NCBI GenBank assembly: GCA_964106915.2
Contig: OZ066915.1
From: Podarcis gaigeae
Taxonomy: Eukaryota
Strand: one strand, 5' to 3'
DNA: 64,000 nucleotides
Shown here: one piece after another, positions 1 to 23,530 of the stretch
Layout: each line of letters opens with the position of its first letter
How positions within the stretch are numbered: the stretch's first letter is position 1
Position numbers and translations under genes: made by a program
Notes under the pieces: generated by a model
What the model was told of the DNA's origin: nothing
Seen by the model: the letters and a program-made list of their open reading frames with translations, nothing else
Databases searched by the model: none

Positions 1-25
1 GTTTTCAAAGTCACTCAGTACTTTA

Positions 26-711
26 CAGGTGGATGAAAAGAAATAATTACATTTATTTTAAAAAAATCAGGTTGTTTTTTTTTAAAAATCAGGTTTTTAT
101 TTAAATTGGATTTTTAAACTAAACTGCTTTTGGAGGAAAAAATCTTTCTAAAGATAGTTTTCTATTTAAGTTACATTATAGTCCAAAGGCCATCAGGAAA
201 TAAGGATTTGTTTTAAGTTTTTCATGTGTGCTGAAACTCAGTCTAAGTTTTTTTAAAAAATAAAATAAAAATGTTTAACCACATTAGTCAACAAACATGG
301 ATACATATGCTATAATGTTATTGCTTTAGTTAAAGAACAACAACAATTTATTGTTTATACCCCGCCCATCTAGCTGGGTTAAATTAGTTAAATAAATTTA
401 GTTAAATAAATGATTATTTTTCTCCTTCCAATAAAGTACAGCAGAAAAGTCTGAATATAAACAGTTAACTTATTAAACCTCATAATACTTTCATAATTAT
501 CTATGTATTTCTAATAGTATAACCGAATCAGTAATTTTTGATATAACTGTAAAAACTACTCTGAAAATGTATTATTCCAACAACGAAACCTCAATCTCGT
601 TGTAAATATTAAGATTATACCAGCAGGAATGCCTTTCTGTAAAAAAAATGGATTTAGATCAAGTCTTACTGACTAGTGATTTAAATTGTGATTTAAATCA
701 AATCCACCCTG
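26..711. mobile_element. Non-autonomous hAT-type DNA transposon (same family as 9482-9997)
   Basis: Ends CAGGTGGAT...ATCCACCCTG; near-identical 8-bp flanks GTACTTTA/GTACTTTG; AT-rich interior matches the 9482-9997 copy. Confidence 0.75.
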
Positions 712-865
712 GTACTTTGCCTAACAGTCTGGCTCCCCTAGACCTGAGGTTCCTCTCCCCTGACCTCCAAGACAGTGTGCCCCTGAATACCAGTTGCTAG
801 GAGCTTCATTCAGGTTCTGCTTGTGGACCTTCCTGGGACATCTGATGGTCCACTGTGATGTCCAG

Positions 866-1274
866 TGTCAGGGAAGAGTTAGAAGTTTCCAGTTTCTCAG
901 AGGGAGAAAGCATTCCCCAAGGGGGGGAAGGAGAGCAGTGAATCTAATAGAAGACAACAACAGGGAGGGACCGGCTGTTCACAGGAAAGGGAAGGGTTCA
1001 GTTCTAGCTCAGATTCGGAGGAGGGGAGATACTAGCCAGCTCTAGCCAGGAGGTTAGAAAAAAGAGCGGGAAAGCAAAAGGAAGGGCGCGTTCGACATTT
1101 TGAGAGTGGCTGGTCACAGAGAAGCAGAGCTCAGAAGGTATCTGAAATAAGTGACTTGAGGAATAATATTTAAGAACCGTTTATAAGATTGTTTTGTTAA
1201 TACGCAATAAAAGTTATAAAAGAACAAGAAGCGTTTGTGTGGGGATCTGAAGAGGACAACGACCAGTCCTGACA
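866..1274 (+). mobile_element. Solo LTR
   Basis: TGTCAGG...CCTGACA inverted termini, 5-bp TSD TCCAG on both sides, internal AATAAA near 1205. Confidence 0.75.
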
Positions 1275-1762
1275 TCCAGATGCTGGACTAGATGGGCCTT
1301 TGGTCTGATCCAGAAGGGCTCTTCTTATGTTCCCATTTTTTTACTGCAAAACTGCTAACAAGTTCACAAATCTATGGATCAATATTTGAGCTCGTTACGG
1401 AGAGCACAACGTACGAGAAGTAAGCTTGGAATCTTGGCAGAATTCATTGAACCTTGTTCTTGAAGGTGAGGACCAAAAAGTGTGAAAAGCCACCTTGCCG
1501 TCTCACCTCTTTGTTAGCTTAATCTCCTCGCTTCTGTTCCCTCTCAGTGTGCAGTGTTCTTGGGTTAAAAGCAAAGGATTGAAGTGGACTGTTAGGTGCT
1601 ACTGCAGCAATATGGAGGAGGCTGGGCGAGCTGAGCTAGGAATAGCCCCATGTCCCATTGTGGTGTGGGCGGTCGTGTTCCTTTCTTCTGACCCAATGCT
1701 TTCTCCCCTGGTTGCCAAGCCCACCCTTAACGTATTTGTGCTCTAAATTATCAACTTGCCAG

Positions 1763-4569
1763 GTGTGAGAACATTACGTTCCAGGATCCAGAGATGGTGC
1801 CAGTGGATGCAGGAAAGAAATTTCGAAACTACTTCCTTATAGACGTCTTAATGAAGAAGATGGGGAAGATCTTCTGCCAAGTCCCTCAAGGTAAAAGGCT
1901 CCTGGCTCCTCCGTGCTGCTGTGTCTCCTGCTCCTGTAGTCAATTGAAGCAACTGCTTTTCCTTTGCCTCATGTAGGGCTGCTGTCTGTCCCACGCTATA
2001 TGGAGGTTAGGAATTGTTTTTGTGCAGTTGCCTTAACAAATTGCAGGAAGCATCTCATTCTGGAGAGATACCCTTGCCTAGAGGGGCTTATAGACTGTTG
2101 AGCGGGGAGAAAAGCGGGAGGCTGGGAATGATCAGCGGCCTGTGTGAGTAGGGGAATAACTGTTTGTGGTGTAAGTGGGAGGCTCAGAACAAGGAGGTTC
2201 TGGGAAAGATGTACTGAAGTACATACTTTAGATCTTTTTAACTGGCATGTTGTCTGGTGAATTCCACTTTGACCGTTTTGGTGTTTGCGCTGAAATTCTG
2301 GTTCTACTGTGCTGTTTGGCCGTAGTGATAAACATTCATTCATTCTGGTTGGGATAGCTGGGATAGCAGGCTTGTTGGGTTTTGAATGTCTTATTGAGAT
2401 TTTTCAATTTCGTTCTGTATGGGACAATGACAATAAAGAGTATTGTATCATATCGTATTCAGATGCACTGAAGAGAGGGGAAAGTTCTGGTGAAAAGGGG
2501 TGAAGGTGGCTGTTGCAATGGGAGTTTGGAGGTGGGAATGGAAGAGGGGGCGGGATAATAGTGTGGGAGAGAGGTAGAGCAGTGGAAGCTTCAAAAGAAA
2601 AGGCTTTTGCAGTATAGCTCAGTTGGCAGAGCAGGAGACTCTTACCCGCAGAGTTGTGAGTTTGAGCCCCATGTTGGGCAAAATATTCCTTCATTGGACT
2701 AGATGCCCCCCCCCAATCCCCTCCAACTCTGCAGTTCTATGAAAAGACAAAAGCATTGAGATTGACTTTTGGAGCTAGTGCAGCACAGTGGTAAAGAGAC
2801 TGAACTGAAAACCAGGAAGTTTCGCCATGACCATTAGCTCACTGGGTAGTCTGAGACATAGGACTATTCCATAAGCTTCTGCCCTGTATCGGCTATCATA
2901 GCAGTGCTGATTCACCATCTTTATGGTTAAAGCTTTGGGAACACCAATATAGATAGGAGCTTCTTTCCACTCACCATCAGAATTTCATACACTGACATAT
3001 CAGAGTTGCCCTGAGTAGGAAGCTGACCACTACTAGGCTGGTGTGCTAGGGCTATGTCTTTATTGATTTCCCCTCCTTCTCATTCTGTATGAACTGGTGA
3101 AATTCTAGAGCTTGGAAAACCACTTTTTACGCTGTGGTTCTGCTCTCATAAGACATCCCTTAAAGTAAAAAGGTAAAGGTAAAGGACCCCTGGACAGTTA
3201 AGTTGAGTCAAAGGCGACTATGGGGTTGCGGTGCTCATCTCGCTTTCAGGCCAAGGTCCACTGACAGCTTTCCGGGTCATGTGGCCAGCATGACTAAACT
3301 GTTTCTGGCGCAGTGGGACTCCGTGACAGAAACCAGAGCACACGAAAACACTGTTTACCTTCCCCCTGCAGCAGTGCCTATTTATCTACTTGCACTGGTG
3401 TACTTTTGAACTGCTAGGTTGGCAGGAGCTGGGACAGAGCAATGAAAGCGCAGGGAATCAAACTGCTGACCTTCTGGTCAGCAAGCCCAAGAGGCTCAGT
3501 GATTTAGACCACAGCGCCACCCGCGCCCCTAAAACATCCATTATGTTGTATGGGAATGAGCAGAGGCCAATTTGTTGTGTAAAATATGCCAAGGCCGAAG
3601 TAGCTGTCTTCACAGGCATGTTTCATGTGTGTAATTGAGCAAATGAAAGATTTTAATTTTGTATAGGGTGTAAATCTTGAGCTGCCACTTGACCACTCCT
3701 GTATTAAAGACTTCCTGCGTATTTGCATAATAAACTAAAACGGTTATTAACATCCCCGTGAGCTAGAAACTGCTGAATTAAAACCAACTGTGGAAGTGGT
3801 CCTGTTCGGTGAGAGGTGGTGACTGCCATGCCAAAGCTCTTCTTAAGGACATGGTTCCATTCAACTCTTGAGAGTAACGTCTGCTATTAACCTGCCCTGA
3901 GCCATTTGAATAAGGCAGGCTGTGAATCGGAGGAATTCCATGCTTGGAACCTACTAAATGTATACGGAACCAAATGCGCAACCTCCTTTTTTAAGCGTTT
4001 TGTTTTCTTGATCTCTCTCTCTCTCTCTCTCTCTTTTTCCTGCAGCTGAATTGATTCTGGACCCCGAGACGGCCCACCCACGCCTCACCGTTTCCTCGGA
4101 CTGCCTCGGCGTCCGGCTCGGAGAGCGCTGGCGGGACCTGCCCGACAGCCCCAAGCGCTTTGACTCCGACTACTGCATTCTGGCCTTGCAGGGTTTCACC
4201 TATGGCCGCCACTACTGGGAAGTGGAGGTGGGGGGCCGGCGGGGGTGGGCTGTGGGGGTGGCTCGCGAATCGGCCCGGCGCAAAGAGAAGTCCGCCGGCA
4301 GCGGCTCCCACCAGAAACGCGAGATCTGGTGCGTGGGGACCAATGGCAAGAAGTACCAGGCTCTGACGACCACTGAGCAGACCTCCCTTTCCCCATCTGA
4401 GAAACTCCGCCGCTTCTGCGTCTTCCTGGACTATGAACGGGGCCAGCTGAGCTTCTACAATGCCGAGAGCATGGGCCATATCCATACCTTCAACGCCTCG
4501 TTCCGCGAGCGCATCTTCCCCTTCTTCCGCATTCTTTCTAAGGGGACCCGCATCAAAATCTGCAATTGA
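1763..4569 (+). CDS. TRIM41: E3 ubiquitin ligase TRIM41, last two coding exons: join(1763..1890,4046..4569); 5' exons not located in window
   Basis: AG/GT-bounded exons splice in frame: [54 protein letters not shown]...[18 protein letters not shown]...[11 protein letters not shown]...[16 protein letters not shown]. These are TRIM41-specific B30.2 motifs; gene is tail-to-tail with RACK1 as in human and chicken. Confidence 0.92.
2612..2740 (+). mobile_element. tRNA-derived SINE (other copies approx. 19375-19500, 22350-22475(-), 27897-28030, 47670-47800)
   Basis: tRNA-like head (AGCTCAGTTGG..GAGACTCTT..TTGAGCCCC) followed by a shared GGACTAGATG..TCCAACTCT tail; several diverged copies. Confidence 0.6.
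3170..3530 (+). mobile_element. Sauria SINE
   Basis: AAGGTAAAGGTAAAGGACCCCTG head and GGGTCATGTGGCCAGCATGACT core; shared with five other copies. Confidence 0.8.
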
Positions 4570-6144
4570 TACGGTTGATGCTGTTTCTCTTGCACGTAGC
4601 TAAATGCAACCCCCTCCCTAGCGATAAATCCTCCTGTCACAGCAGATTGACCCTGACAAGATCCCTGGTCTGTTTCAGTGTTGGACCTTGGAGGATTCCT
4701 TACCTTGCTGTCTTCTTGTGGGTTCGCTCTGAGCAGGGATTCCCACCCCCACTTCCATACATCTATTATTGCACAGATAACCTTTTTTTGGTGCTCGGCC
4801 AGATAAATTTTTAATTCTTTCCTTTGGCTCATTTCCATCCTAGTAAGAATCTCTTTCTCTTCCCCCGTGGGGTTCTCTTTCCTCCTGTCCTCCAGGATCT
4901 CTGGGACCTGGATCTCTCTGGCGAATTGAGGCTCATTTGGCATGCGGTTCTCATGGTGGCTGAGTAGTCGGAGGTTCATTTTGACATTCCAAAGACACTT
5001 GAACTGTCTTACGCCAGGCACTCAGGTCTTGTGGATTGTGTTAACTTTTGGTGCCCAGGCAAGATAGCTAGCCCCAACATTTTCTTGGAGTTGTATCCAG
5101 TCCTTGCTGTGAATCAGTTCGTTCTCTCTCCCCCCCCCCCATCCCCCTGCCTTGCTGTCCCAAGGCACCAGTCACCTCCTGAAACCACCTAATATAGTGG
5201 TGAGTACATCTAAATTCAACTCTACACAGAACTGTCCCGCCTGGTTTCCTGTTCGGGTATGGTTCCTTCTTCAACTTCCTCAGTGTCTTGTCTCCTGATG
5301 ATCTCCTGTTTTGCATCTCCTGTTTACACACACATCAGATTTCATTTTATTTTTATGGAACGCATAGGAGCCAGTTTTGCCCCTCTGTTCCAGGTGTGGT
5401 TTGGATACCCCTGTCTGTCCCTCTTTCCTTTATGTTATCCCCATCTCTTTTACCTGGAGGGAGGTATTCATCAATACTACTAGTGAGATAGATAGAAAGA
5501 TAGATATAACTGCCATTTTGGAGGTGGGGGTGAAGAAATGACAGGTCCAAGGGTTGTTGTTATTTTCTGGGGCACCATTGGAGTGCTGTGGCTCTTGGGA
5601 TGAATGTAATCCCACTAGGAGCTTTGGTGATCAAACGTCATCACTGTTGCCTCACACACCCCTCACCCTTGTAGGACTTAATTAACTTATTTTTAATTGC
5701 TTTTTCCTGTCACGCCCCAGGATCTGCAGTGTGGAGCCTCTTCTCTCCTGACTGCAAGACACTGGAGGCCTTAGCTGTGCCAGCTGTTATGTGTTGGTTC
5801 CCCCGCCCCCTCAATTCTTTTTGGCATTACAGAGCTCCTTTTGAACTATTTTTCGCTATATATGTAAAAAAGACTTACAATGGAGATCTAGTTTTTTGGG
5901 AAAAGTTGAGTAAATAAATACAATTCTACAAGTGAACTCTTGTGTTTATGGTCTGTTCAAATATTGAAAATGGATGGGGGAAAATGGCATGGTGTAGTGT
6001 GTTCTTTTTCTCTTAGGGCTGCCATACAACCTCTGGGTCTTCCTAAGAAAAGCACGGGGTATCCTGGTTTTTACTTTTTGAAATATGGCAACACTTCTCT
6101 CTCCCCACACACACAAACAGAGAGGGAGGGAGGAAGTGTCTATA

Positions 6145-6363
6145 CAGTGGTAGCACGGGTTAAGTACTTTATTCATTCCGGAGGTCCATTCTGAAACTGT
6201 TCATAACCTGAAGCACCACTTTAGCTAATGGGCCTCCTGCTGCCGCTGCGCCAACGGAGCACGATTTCGGTTCTCATCCTGAAGCAAACTTCTTAACCCG
6301 AGTTACTATTTCTGGGTTAGCGGAGTCTGTAACCTGAAGCGTATGTAACCTGAGGTACCCCTG
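6145..6363. mobile_element. Tc1/mariner-type MITE
   Basis: Degenerate CAGTGGTA.. TIRs flanked by TA; same family as 7086-7302. Confidence 0.7.
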
Positions 6364-6799
6364 TATAGGGAAGATGGGAAACTGCCTTATGGTAAGTCAG
6401 GCTGCTGCACTATATTGTCTCCCAGCCTTATCTGGAACTGGGACCTGCTTGTATGGAAAACCTGTATTCCTTTCTAGCTGTCAGTAGATACCTGGGCCGA
6501 GTGCTTTTAGCCCTAGCCACATCTATGGCATTGTCGCCATGGATGCAGGAAGGATCTGGGGAAGAGGTCCTTCTGTTTCCTTCTTCCAAGCTAGTGATCT
6601 GACAGGCACTGTGTGTGTGTAGATATGGCTGCTGGATTTGGCTAGGAAATCCCCAAATGTATGCCAATAGCCGGAGTGCATTTTTACTTGTCCCCCTCTC
6701 AAAAAACAACAAATAAAACCTTTCTCAAGTTTTAAATCACTCTGATGCCACAGTGACTACAGAACTCTCATGTTAGTGAGGGAGATTTCAGAAAATATC

Positions 6800-7080
6800 T
6801 GAGGTCCAATGCTGAGGACAGTTCCCTCCTTCTGGCAGTTCCCTCACTGCGAGAAGCAAAGCTACAGGGAACCAGGCACCCGCCCTGTGGAACGCCCTCC
6901 CATCAGATGTCAAAGAGATAAACAACTACCTGACATTTAGAAGACATCTGAAGGCAGCCCTGTTTAGGGAAGCTTTTAATGTGTGACTTTTTAATGTATT
7001 TTTAATCTTTGTTGGAAGCCGCCCAGAGTGGCAGGGGAAACCCTGCGAGATTGGCGGGGTACAAATAATATTTTTATTAT
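6800..7080 (+). mobile_element. L2-like LINE 3' fragment
   Basis: Encodes ..ALWNALPSDVKE..TFRRHLKAALF (L2 ORF2 end) with short ATT-type tail. Confidence 0.7.
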
Positions 7081-7085
7081 TACTA

Positions 7086-7302
7086 CAGTGGTACCTCAGG
7101 TTACATATGCTTCAGGTTACAGACTCCGCTAACCCAGAAATAGTACCTCGGGTTAAGAACTTTTCTTCAGGATGAGAACAGAAACGTGCTCCGGCGGCAG
7201 CGGGAGGCCCCATTAGCTAAAGTGGTGCTTCAAGTTAAGAACAGTTTCAGGTTAAGAACGGACCTCCGGAACGAATTAAGTACTTAACCTGAGGTACCAC
7301 TG
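7086..7302. mobile_element. Tc1/mariner-type MITE
   Basis: TA|CAGTGGTACCTCAGGTTA...TAACCTGAGGTACCACTG|TA. Confidence 0.85.
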
Positions 7303-8154
7303 TATTATATCTACAATTGCCGTATTAAAGCGTTGACATTCTGCCTGACAATAACCCTCAAAGACAGCTGACACTGCAGAAATTAATACATAAGAGAGAC
7401 CGGTTCTTTTTTTTAAGGCCCAGTAATGACCACAGAAGCTGAGCCCAAAACTCTTCTGCCTTGCAGGATATCTTCGGGAGACACACAAATCTGGAGTGAA
7501 GCCCCTAAGGCTGGTGTCTTGTACGCTTCCTTTTGGCAACTGCTGCAGCCAAGCTGGTGCTGAACATCTTGCTGTGCTTTCCTTTGGAGCACAGCAGCAA
7601 GGCTGAGGGAAGGGTCTGGTCTTATCTAAGCAGCCCAGGACTTCCATACAGACAGCCCAGGCTTGCACCCCGGGGAGGTCTCGTTGCTGCCAAAAACAAC
7701 ACAGGAGGCCACTTCTGCAAGTCCCCCTGCACCACCTCCAACAAAACTGTTCTGGGTTTTTCCCAACCCCTACCACACCAGATTTGGGGAGGGTGTGCAG
7801 GGAAGAGAAGTTCCATTGTGTAAATGGAGCAACTTTATCCTATCCTTTCTTAGTTTGTGGTCAGTCTCGGCAGTGTTCAGAACCATGACAGGATGATTGA
7901 TTTACATAAGGCAACGTGATACTGACCATTTTAATATCAGTCTGTCATAACCCCAAAGCATGGACTTTGTTTCACTGCAGTTCTGCATTGAATTAATGGT
8001 TGCATTGAGTTTTCTGCCACAACTCTGAAGATCTCTTGGCTGGTTAGGGTCTCCACCAGCAGTTACTATCAGTGGCAATTTGGCATGTTCCACCCATGTG
8101 TGTCCTAACTTAACACTAAATCTCATTTGCTACTATGTTGTTGATCCTCTTTGG

Positions 8155-8405
8155 CAGGGGTCAGCAAACTTTTTCAGCAGGGGGCCGGTCCACTGTCCCT
8201 CAGACCTTGTGGGGGGCCAGACTATATTTTTTTGGGGGGGGAAGAATGAATTCCTATGCCCCACAAATAAACCAAAGATGTATTTTAAATCAAAGGACAC
8301 ATTCTACTCATGTAAAAACACTCTGATTCCCAGACCATCTGTGGGCCAGATTTAGAAGGCTATTGGGCCGGATCCAGCCCCCAGGCCTTAGTTTGCCAAC
8401 CCATG
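8155..8405. mobile_element. hAT-type MITE
   Basis: CAGGGGTCAGCAAAC...GTTTGCCAACCCATG TIRs; perfect 8-bp TSD CTCTTTGG. Confidence 0.85.
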
Positions 8406-9481
8406 CTCTTTGGAAACACACTGGGGGTTTTTTAGCAGCAGGGGAAATAAATCACTGAGCTTCCTGCAGTCTTCCCAACCTCCTATAACAGTTTTCCTTT
8501 ATTCTGATTTCTTGCTTCTGATATATTTAAAGGAGGTTGCTTTGGGTTTTTTTGTTTTTAAACATACTGGGCAATAATACACTTCCTTTTTGCAAAGGAA
8601 GCTCTCTTATCCTGCATAAGCTGCACATACCAGCATCCTCTTGGGGTTCCAGTTTCCCAATCCATTGCAGAAACCTGAGCTCTTTGTTTCAAAATAACCT
8701 CAAATTTGACTCAATGGAGTCTCCCTTGGAGACCAACTTTTTCTAAGCAACTCTACTTTCACAATGTCTATATGCAGTCTCTGCGAAGGTAATTGAAATC
8801 ATCCATCATTTTCTCTTTCACTTGCCTGTGACCTTTTTCTTAAGTCTCAAAACCACCACTGGTACTTCAAATCATAGGCGCCAGGGTGGGTTGGGGGTTA
8901 GCTATTCTGCACCTTTCCGTAAATTGCTTCTGTCGTGGTATTTGCATCCGGTGATCTTATGATGCATTTGTCACTGGTTTTTGAATCCTGGACCCAGTAT
9001 ATCATACCCTTCCTTTTAAGATTTTTATATCCAAGGAAAACCGTATTCATGTTCTTTAAGACCCATACAATCCAGCTTCCCTGTTCTAGTGCTGATGCTT
9101 CTGTGATTGGCTGCAAAATGTTTAATGCAGTCCAGAAGCAGCTGGGTTTGAACAGGGCTTTTGTAACAAGGTATTTTAAAACAAACCATGCAAGTTGTCT
9201 TGAGTTGCACGGGCTTTCAAGGAATAAGCTTGGAATCTCTTGTCCGAGACAGGCACGTTGACGTCCGAGACAGCTGTTACCCTAAAGGCAAAGGTAGGTA
9301 ACCTTTTTCAGTCCAAGGGCCAAATGAACATGTGGCTGATGTATGTATACATGCACAAAAACACATGCAGCCTCCCTATACATACACACCAAGCAGACCT
9401 GCACTTGCAGGCATAACACACTTGAGCAGGAAGACAGGGCTTACCAAGTCCTCCCCAGTGGTTGGGCTGTGGGGTGGGGAA

Positions 9482-9997
9482 CAGGGTGGATAAAAACCAA
9501 TGATTTATATATATTTTAAATCGGATTTTTAAAATAAAATGCTTTTGGAGGAAAAATCTTTCTAAAGATAGTTTTCTATTCAAGTTACATTATAGTCCGA
9601 AGGCCATCGGATTTGTTTTAGTTTTTCGTATGTGCTAAAACTCAGTCTGGGTTTTTGTTTGTTTTTTAAACCGTTTTACCACATCAGTTAACAAACATGG
9701 ATACATATGCTATAATGTTATTGCTTTAGTTAAATAAATTGTTAAGGAAATGATTATTTTTCTACTTCCAATAAAGTTCTGCAAATATAAACAGTCAACT
9801 TATTAAGCCGCACAGTAATTTCATAATTATCTGTATTTCCAATAGTTTAACCAAATCAGTAATGTTTGATGTAACTCTAAATACTCTGAAAATTTATTAT
9901 TCCAAAAATGAAGTCTTTCTGTAAAAAAATGATTTAAATCAAGTCTTACTGATAATTTAAATTGTGATTTAAATCAATTTGATTTAAATCCACCCTG
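9482..9997. mobile_element. Non-autonomous hAT-type DNA transposon
   Basis: TIR CAGGGTGGAT/ATCCACCCTG; perfect 8-bp TSD GTGGGGAA. Confidence 0.85.
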
Positions 9998-10349
9998 GTG
10001 GGGAATATGCTGCTTTTTACTCTTCATCTCTAAAGAGTTCTGTAGAGGATTTTATCACCCCATCTCAGCACTGAGATCTGACTGAGGTTTGCAGGGATCT
10101 TTGGTCTACTCCTTGCAGTTTCTGGGTTGCCCCTGGCGCACAGGTTTGTCATTCCTGATCTAAGGGGACAAGGCGTTTTATTCCTGGTTGAAGCGATGGC
10201 AGCTTCCATCAGCTGAGTGTTAATTCAGCAGTGGGTTGGGAGAGATGTCTGTAAAAAACAGGTAAGTGAATAGACACTCTCATTTTCCAGGTATATCTTT
10301 GGGGTGGGGGGGAGAAGCAGGACACAGTGATAACGTTCAGCACAAAAAG

Positions 10350-10355
10350 TTTATT
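10350..10355 (-). terminator. RACK1 polyadenylation signal AATAAA
   Basis: TTTATT on +, about 55 nt after the RACK1 stop. Confidence 0.8.
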
Positions 10356-10409
10356 GTTTCTGTTTTGTACATAATTATATGTCTGTGCCTTGTGGTCAAC
10401 TGCACTCTC

Positions 10410-20460
<10,051 letters not shown>

Positions 20461-21053
20461 AGCGGTTCTTCCTTGATATGCCGCCTTTCTGCCAAGGCGG
20501 GTTACCAGAATATAAATAATAATATATATAATATATATATAATATAAATTCCCACAGTTCCCTGGGGAAAGGGAAGGATTGTTAAGCCACGCTAGGAATT
20601 GTAGCACGGTGATGGAGTCTCCTACCAACTCCTTGGCACTCTTAACAATTATTATTTATATCCCGCCCATCTGGCTGGGTTGCCCCAGCCACTCTGGGTG
20701 GCTTCCAACACATATAAACACAAACGTGCGGTACAAAATTGCGGCAGCAGTTCTCGGCCTCTCTTAGGCACGCGCAGATCTTTTTTTCCCCAGGAGGGTT
20801 ACATGGATCAAGCAGACTCCTGGACCAACAGAATATTTACGGTGCCATTAGCTGCAGTCATAACTTAAGCTAAAGCCCACCTTTTCGGATGCATGAAGTA
20901 TTAACTTGGTTTGTTTCTGAACTGCTTGTTTGCAATTCCACCCCACTCCACACACAAATGTGCAATAAATCTTTATTCAGACATTTATAAGCTGCGCTTC
21001 CGTAGAAAATATAGCAAGGTGGTGTACAACATAATTCAACCTTATTGTCCATA

Positions 21054-21300
21054 CAGTGGTACCTCAGGTTAAGTACTTACGGTAATTCGTTACAGAGGTC
21101 TGTTTTTAACCTGAAAGTGTTCTTAACCTGAAGCACCACTTTAGCCTATGGGGCCTCCTGCTGCCGCTGCGCCGCTGGAGCACAATTTCTGTTCTCATCC
21201 TGAAGCAAAGTTCTTAACCTGAAGCACTATTTCTGGATTAGCGGAGTCTGTAACCTGAAGCGTATGTAACCTGAAGCGTATGTAACCCGAGGTACCACTG
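21054..21300. mobile_element. Tc1/mariner-type MITE
   Basis: TA|CAGTGGTACCTC...GAGGTACCACTG|TA. Confidence 0.85.
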
Positions 21301-23254
21301 TATTCCTCTCGTAGTGCTAAAATTCCCACAGTTCCCTGGGGAAAGGGAAGGATTGTTAAGCCACGCTAGGAATTGTAGCACGGTGATGGAGTCTCCTACC
21401 AACTCCTTGGCACTCTTAACAAACTGCAACTCCCAGGATGCTTTATGGGAAACCATGGCTGTTGATTCAGATGGTGCCTCAGTTTGGCATATAATCATGA
21501 CAAAAAAAACCAGTTACATATTTTTATCTCTGAAATCAAATACAAGGTTGGGATCCAGAAGTGAGATGTGGGAGTCTTGTGTTGTTGGGAACCTCATGGG
21601 GAATGCCACACGTGTATTTTTGATTGCATATGTTCCAGCAATCTTAAGTATACTTATTAGGAAGCAGGTCCCAATTATCTCAGTGGGACTAACAAGGAAG
21701 GTAATATGCTTAAGGTCACCCTGGGTATGTCTAAGATCACACTACTTGCCTGCTGCTTTTGTGGCAAGGAATAGGAACCAACAGCCGAGTCTCAACCAAA
21801 GACAATATTCTGCTCATTTAAAGCAGCCTTGTAAATAAGACCACAAAAGTTACGGCAGTAGTTGTTTTTCCTAACTGGTTATGGGACTAAATAGCCTGAC
21901 AGTCCCTCCCTCCGTGGCTGCTATGAAAACAGGGCAATCAATAAAAATATTCTCTTTTTTAAAATCAAATGGATAAGTGGAGAGAGGGAAGGATCCATCC
22001 CTCTGTTGCTCTCACTGCCATGCTTCCCACTGTATTTCCATGCTGGCTGTAGACTTGAGGGGAAAATCAATCTGCTAGTCCCTTGCCAACTCCTTCATTC
22101 TCCTGCGTGAAAATCCATGTTGCATATGCACGTTGCTAAATACAAGGCTAGTTTAGCATTCCCAGGAGATCCATTAAAATCATAATTATAATTCCACAGA
22201 AGTCTTAGGAAGATGACATTCATTTCCATGATAAATGCCTTGATGTACCACACCCATCACCAACTTTGTACTCTCCAGATGTTTTTGGACCCTTAACTAT
22301 TGAGAGCTGTAGTCCAAAACATCTGGAATCAGAGTTGGAATGGTCCATGAGGATCATCTAGTCCAGCCCCCTGCAATGTAGGAATTTCTCACCCAGGAAT
22401 TTTTCACCCAACATGGGGCTCAAAACCCACAACCCTGGGATTAAGTGTTTTATGCTCAAACTGACTGAGCTATCCAGCTGGAGCACCAGGTTTGTGAAAG
22501 CTGATGTTGTTGGCATCCATATATCTTGAGACGCAATGGAGTGTGCCTCCAGGGGTGAAGTCAAACTGCTGCACAAGCAGCACCAAAGTGACCTTTCCAG
22601 GGCGCAAGCTTGAGCAGTGTGTATGGAGGTCTGGGCTGCCCAGGTGACAAGACGCCCCCCCCTTGCTGATGTGGTCGAAAGGAAACCACAGCAATACGTT
22701 TGGCACCAGCTTGGCTGCAGGAGTTGCTGGAAGGAGGGGTACAAGATGCCATCCAACCATCTTAAGGACTCTAGATTTGTGTCGGGTTTACTCATTAGCC
22801 TTTTCGTCTCCTGAAAATATCCTGCAAGGCAGTGGAAGTTTAGCATCAAGTTTAGCAGTGGAAGTTTAGTCCCATCTGCTCCTCACTTCTCTGTACAGGG
22901 TGTGCAGAAACTGCCTTCTTGACCCACTTAATATCCTTTATTGATGGAATCATAGCTCCTTCTTTCAAAGCTAGATACAACAGCCGGTTGACACCCATCT
23001 TCCCCTTCTTTTCCACCCTTTCCCCAATTGCTAACTTGCATTTGCTGATTTTTCCATGAAATATTGATGATGGGGATTTAATTATTATAGCCTTCTATTT
23101 TTTCTATTTTTAGAAATTATTTTTCTATTTTTAGAAAAAAAATTCTATTAAAACCACCGTCATCGCGACCTATAGTGAAAAGCAACAGAAATGCAATGTA
23201 AAAATGTTGAAATCACATATTTAATATAATATCAAGAGCAGCAGTAATATTTTC

Positions 23255-23530
23255 CGGTTGCTAAGTCTCCTGTTGCTCGGTCCCTGCTCCTGCCAACCTA
23301 GTAGTTCGAAAGCACATCAAAGTGCAAGTAGATAAATAGGCACCGCTCTGGCAGGAAGGTAAACGGCGTTTCCGTGTGCTACTCTGGTTCGCCAGTAGCG
23401 GCTTAGTCATGTTGGCCACATGACCTGGAATTTGTACGCCGGCTCCCTCGGCCAGTAAAGCGAGATGAGCGCTGCAACCCCAGAGTCGGCCACAACTGGA
23501 CCTAATAGTCAGGGGTCCCGTTACCTTTAA
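23255..23530 (-). mobile_element. Sauria SINE
   Basis: Reverse complement of the family at 3170 and 52460. Confidence 0.75.

Noticed and set aside
1330-1470. Candidate short upstream TRIM41 exon
   Set aside because: No convincing AG/GT-bounded in-frame match found
1977-2503. 115-aa minus-strand ORF and LINE-like 3' tail
   Set aside because: Probably a degraded retroelement; family and boundaries could not be assigned
2612-2690. tRNA-like sequences (also near 19375, 27897, 47670, 54620)
   Set aside because: Broken cloverleaves that continue into a shared retroposon tail; these are tRNA-derived SINEs
3991-5021. Long antisense ORFs over TRIM41 (similar ones over the H1-like, BTN and RACK1 exons)
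   Set aside because: Shadows of GC-rich coding exons or UTR with no recognisable domain
21314-21838. 174-aa ORF upstream of RACK1
   Set aside because: Non-ATG start, begins in repeat-derived sequence, no domain signature
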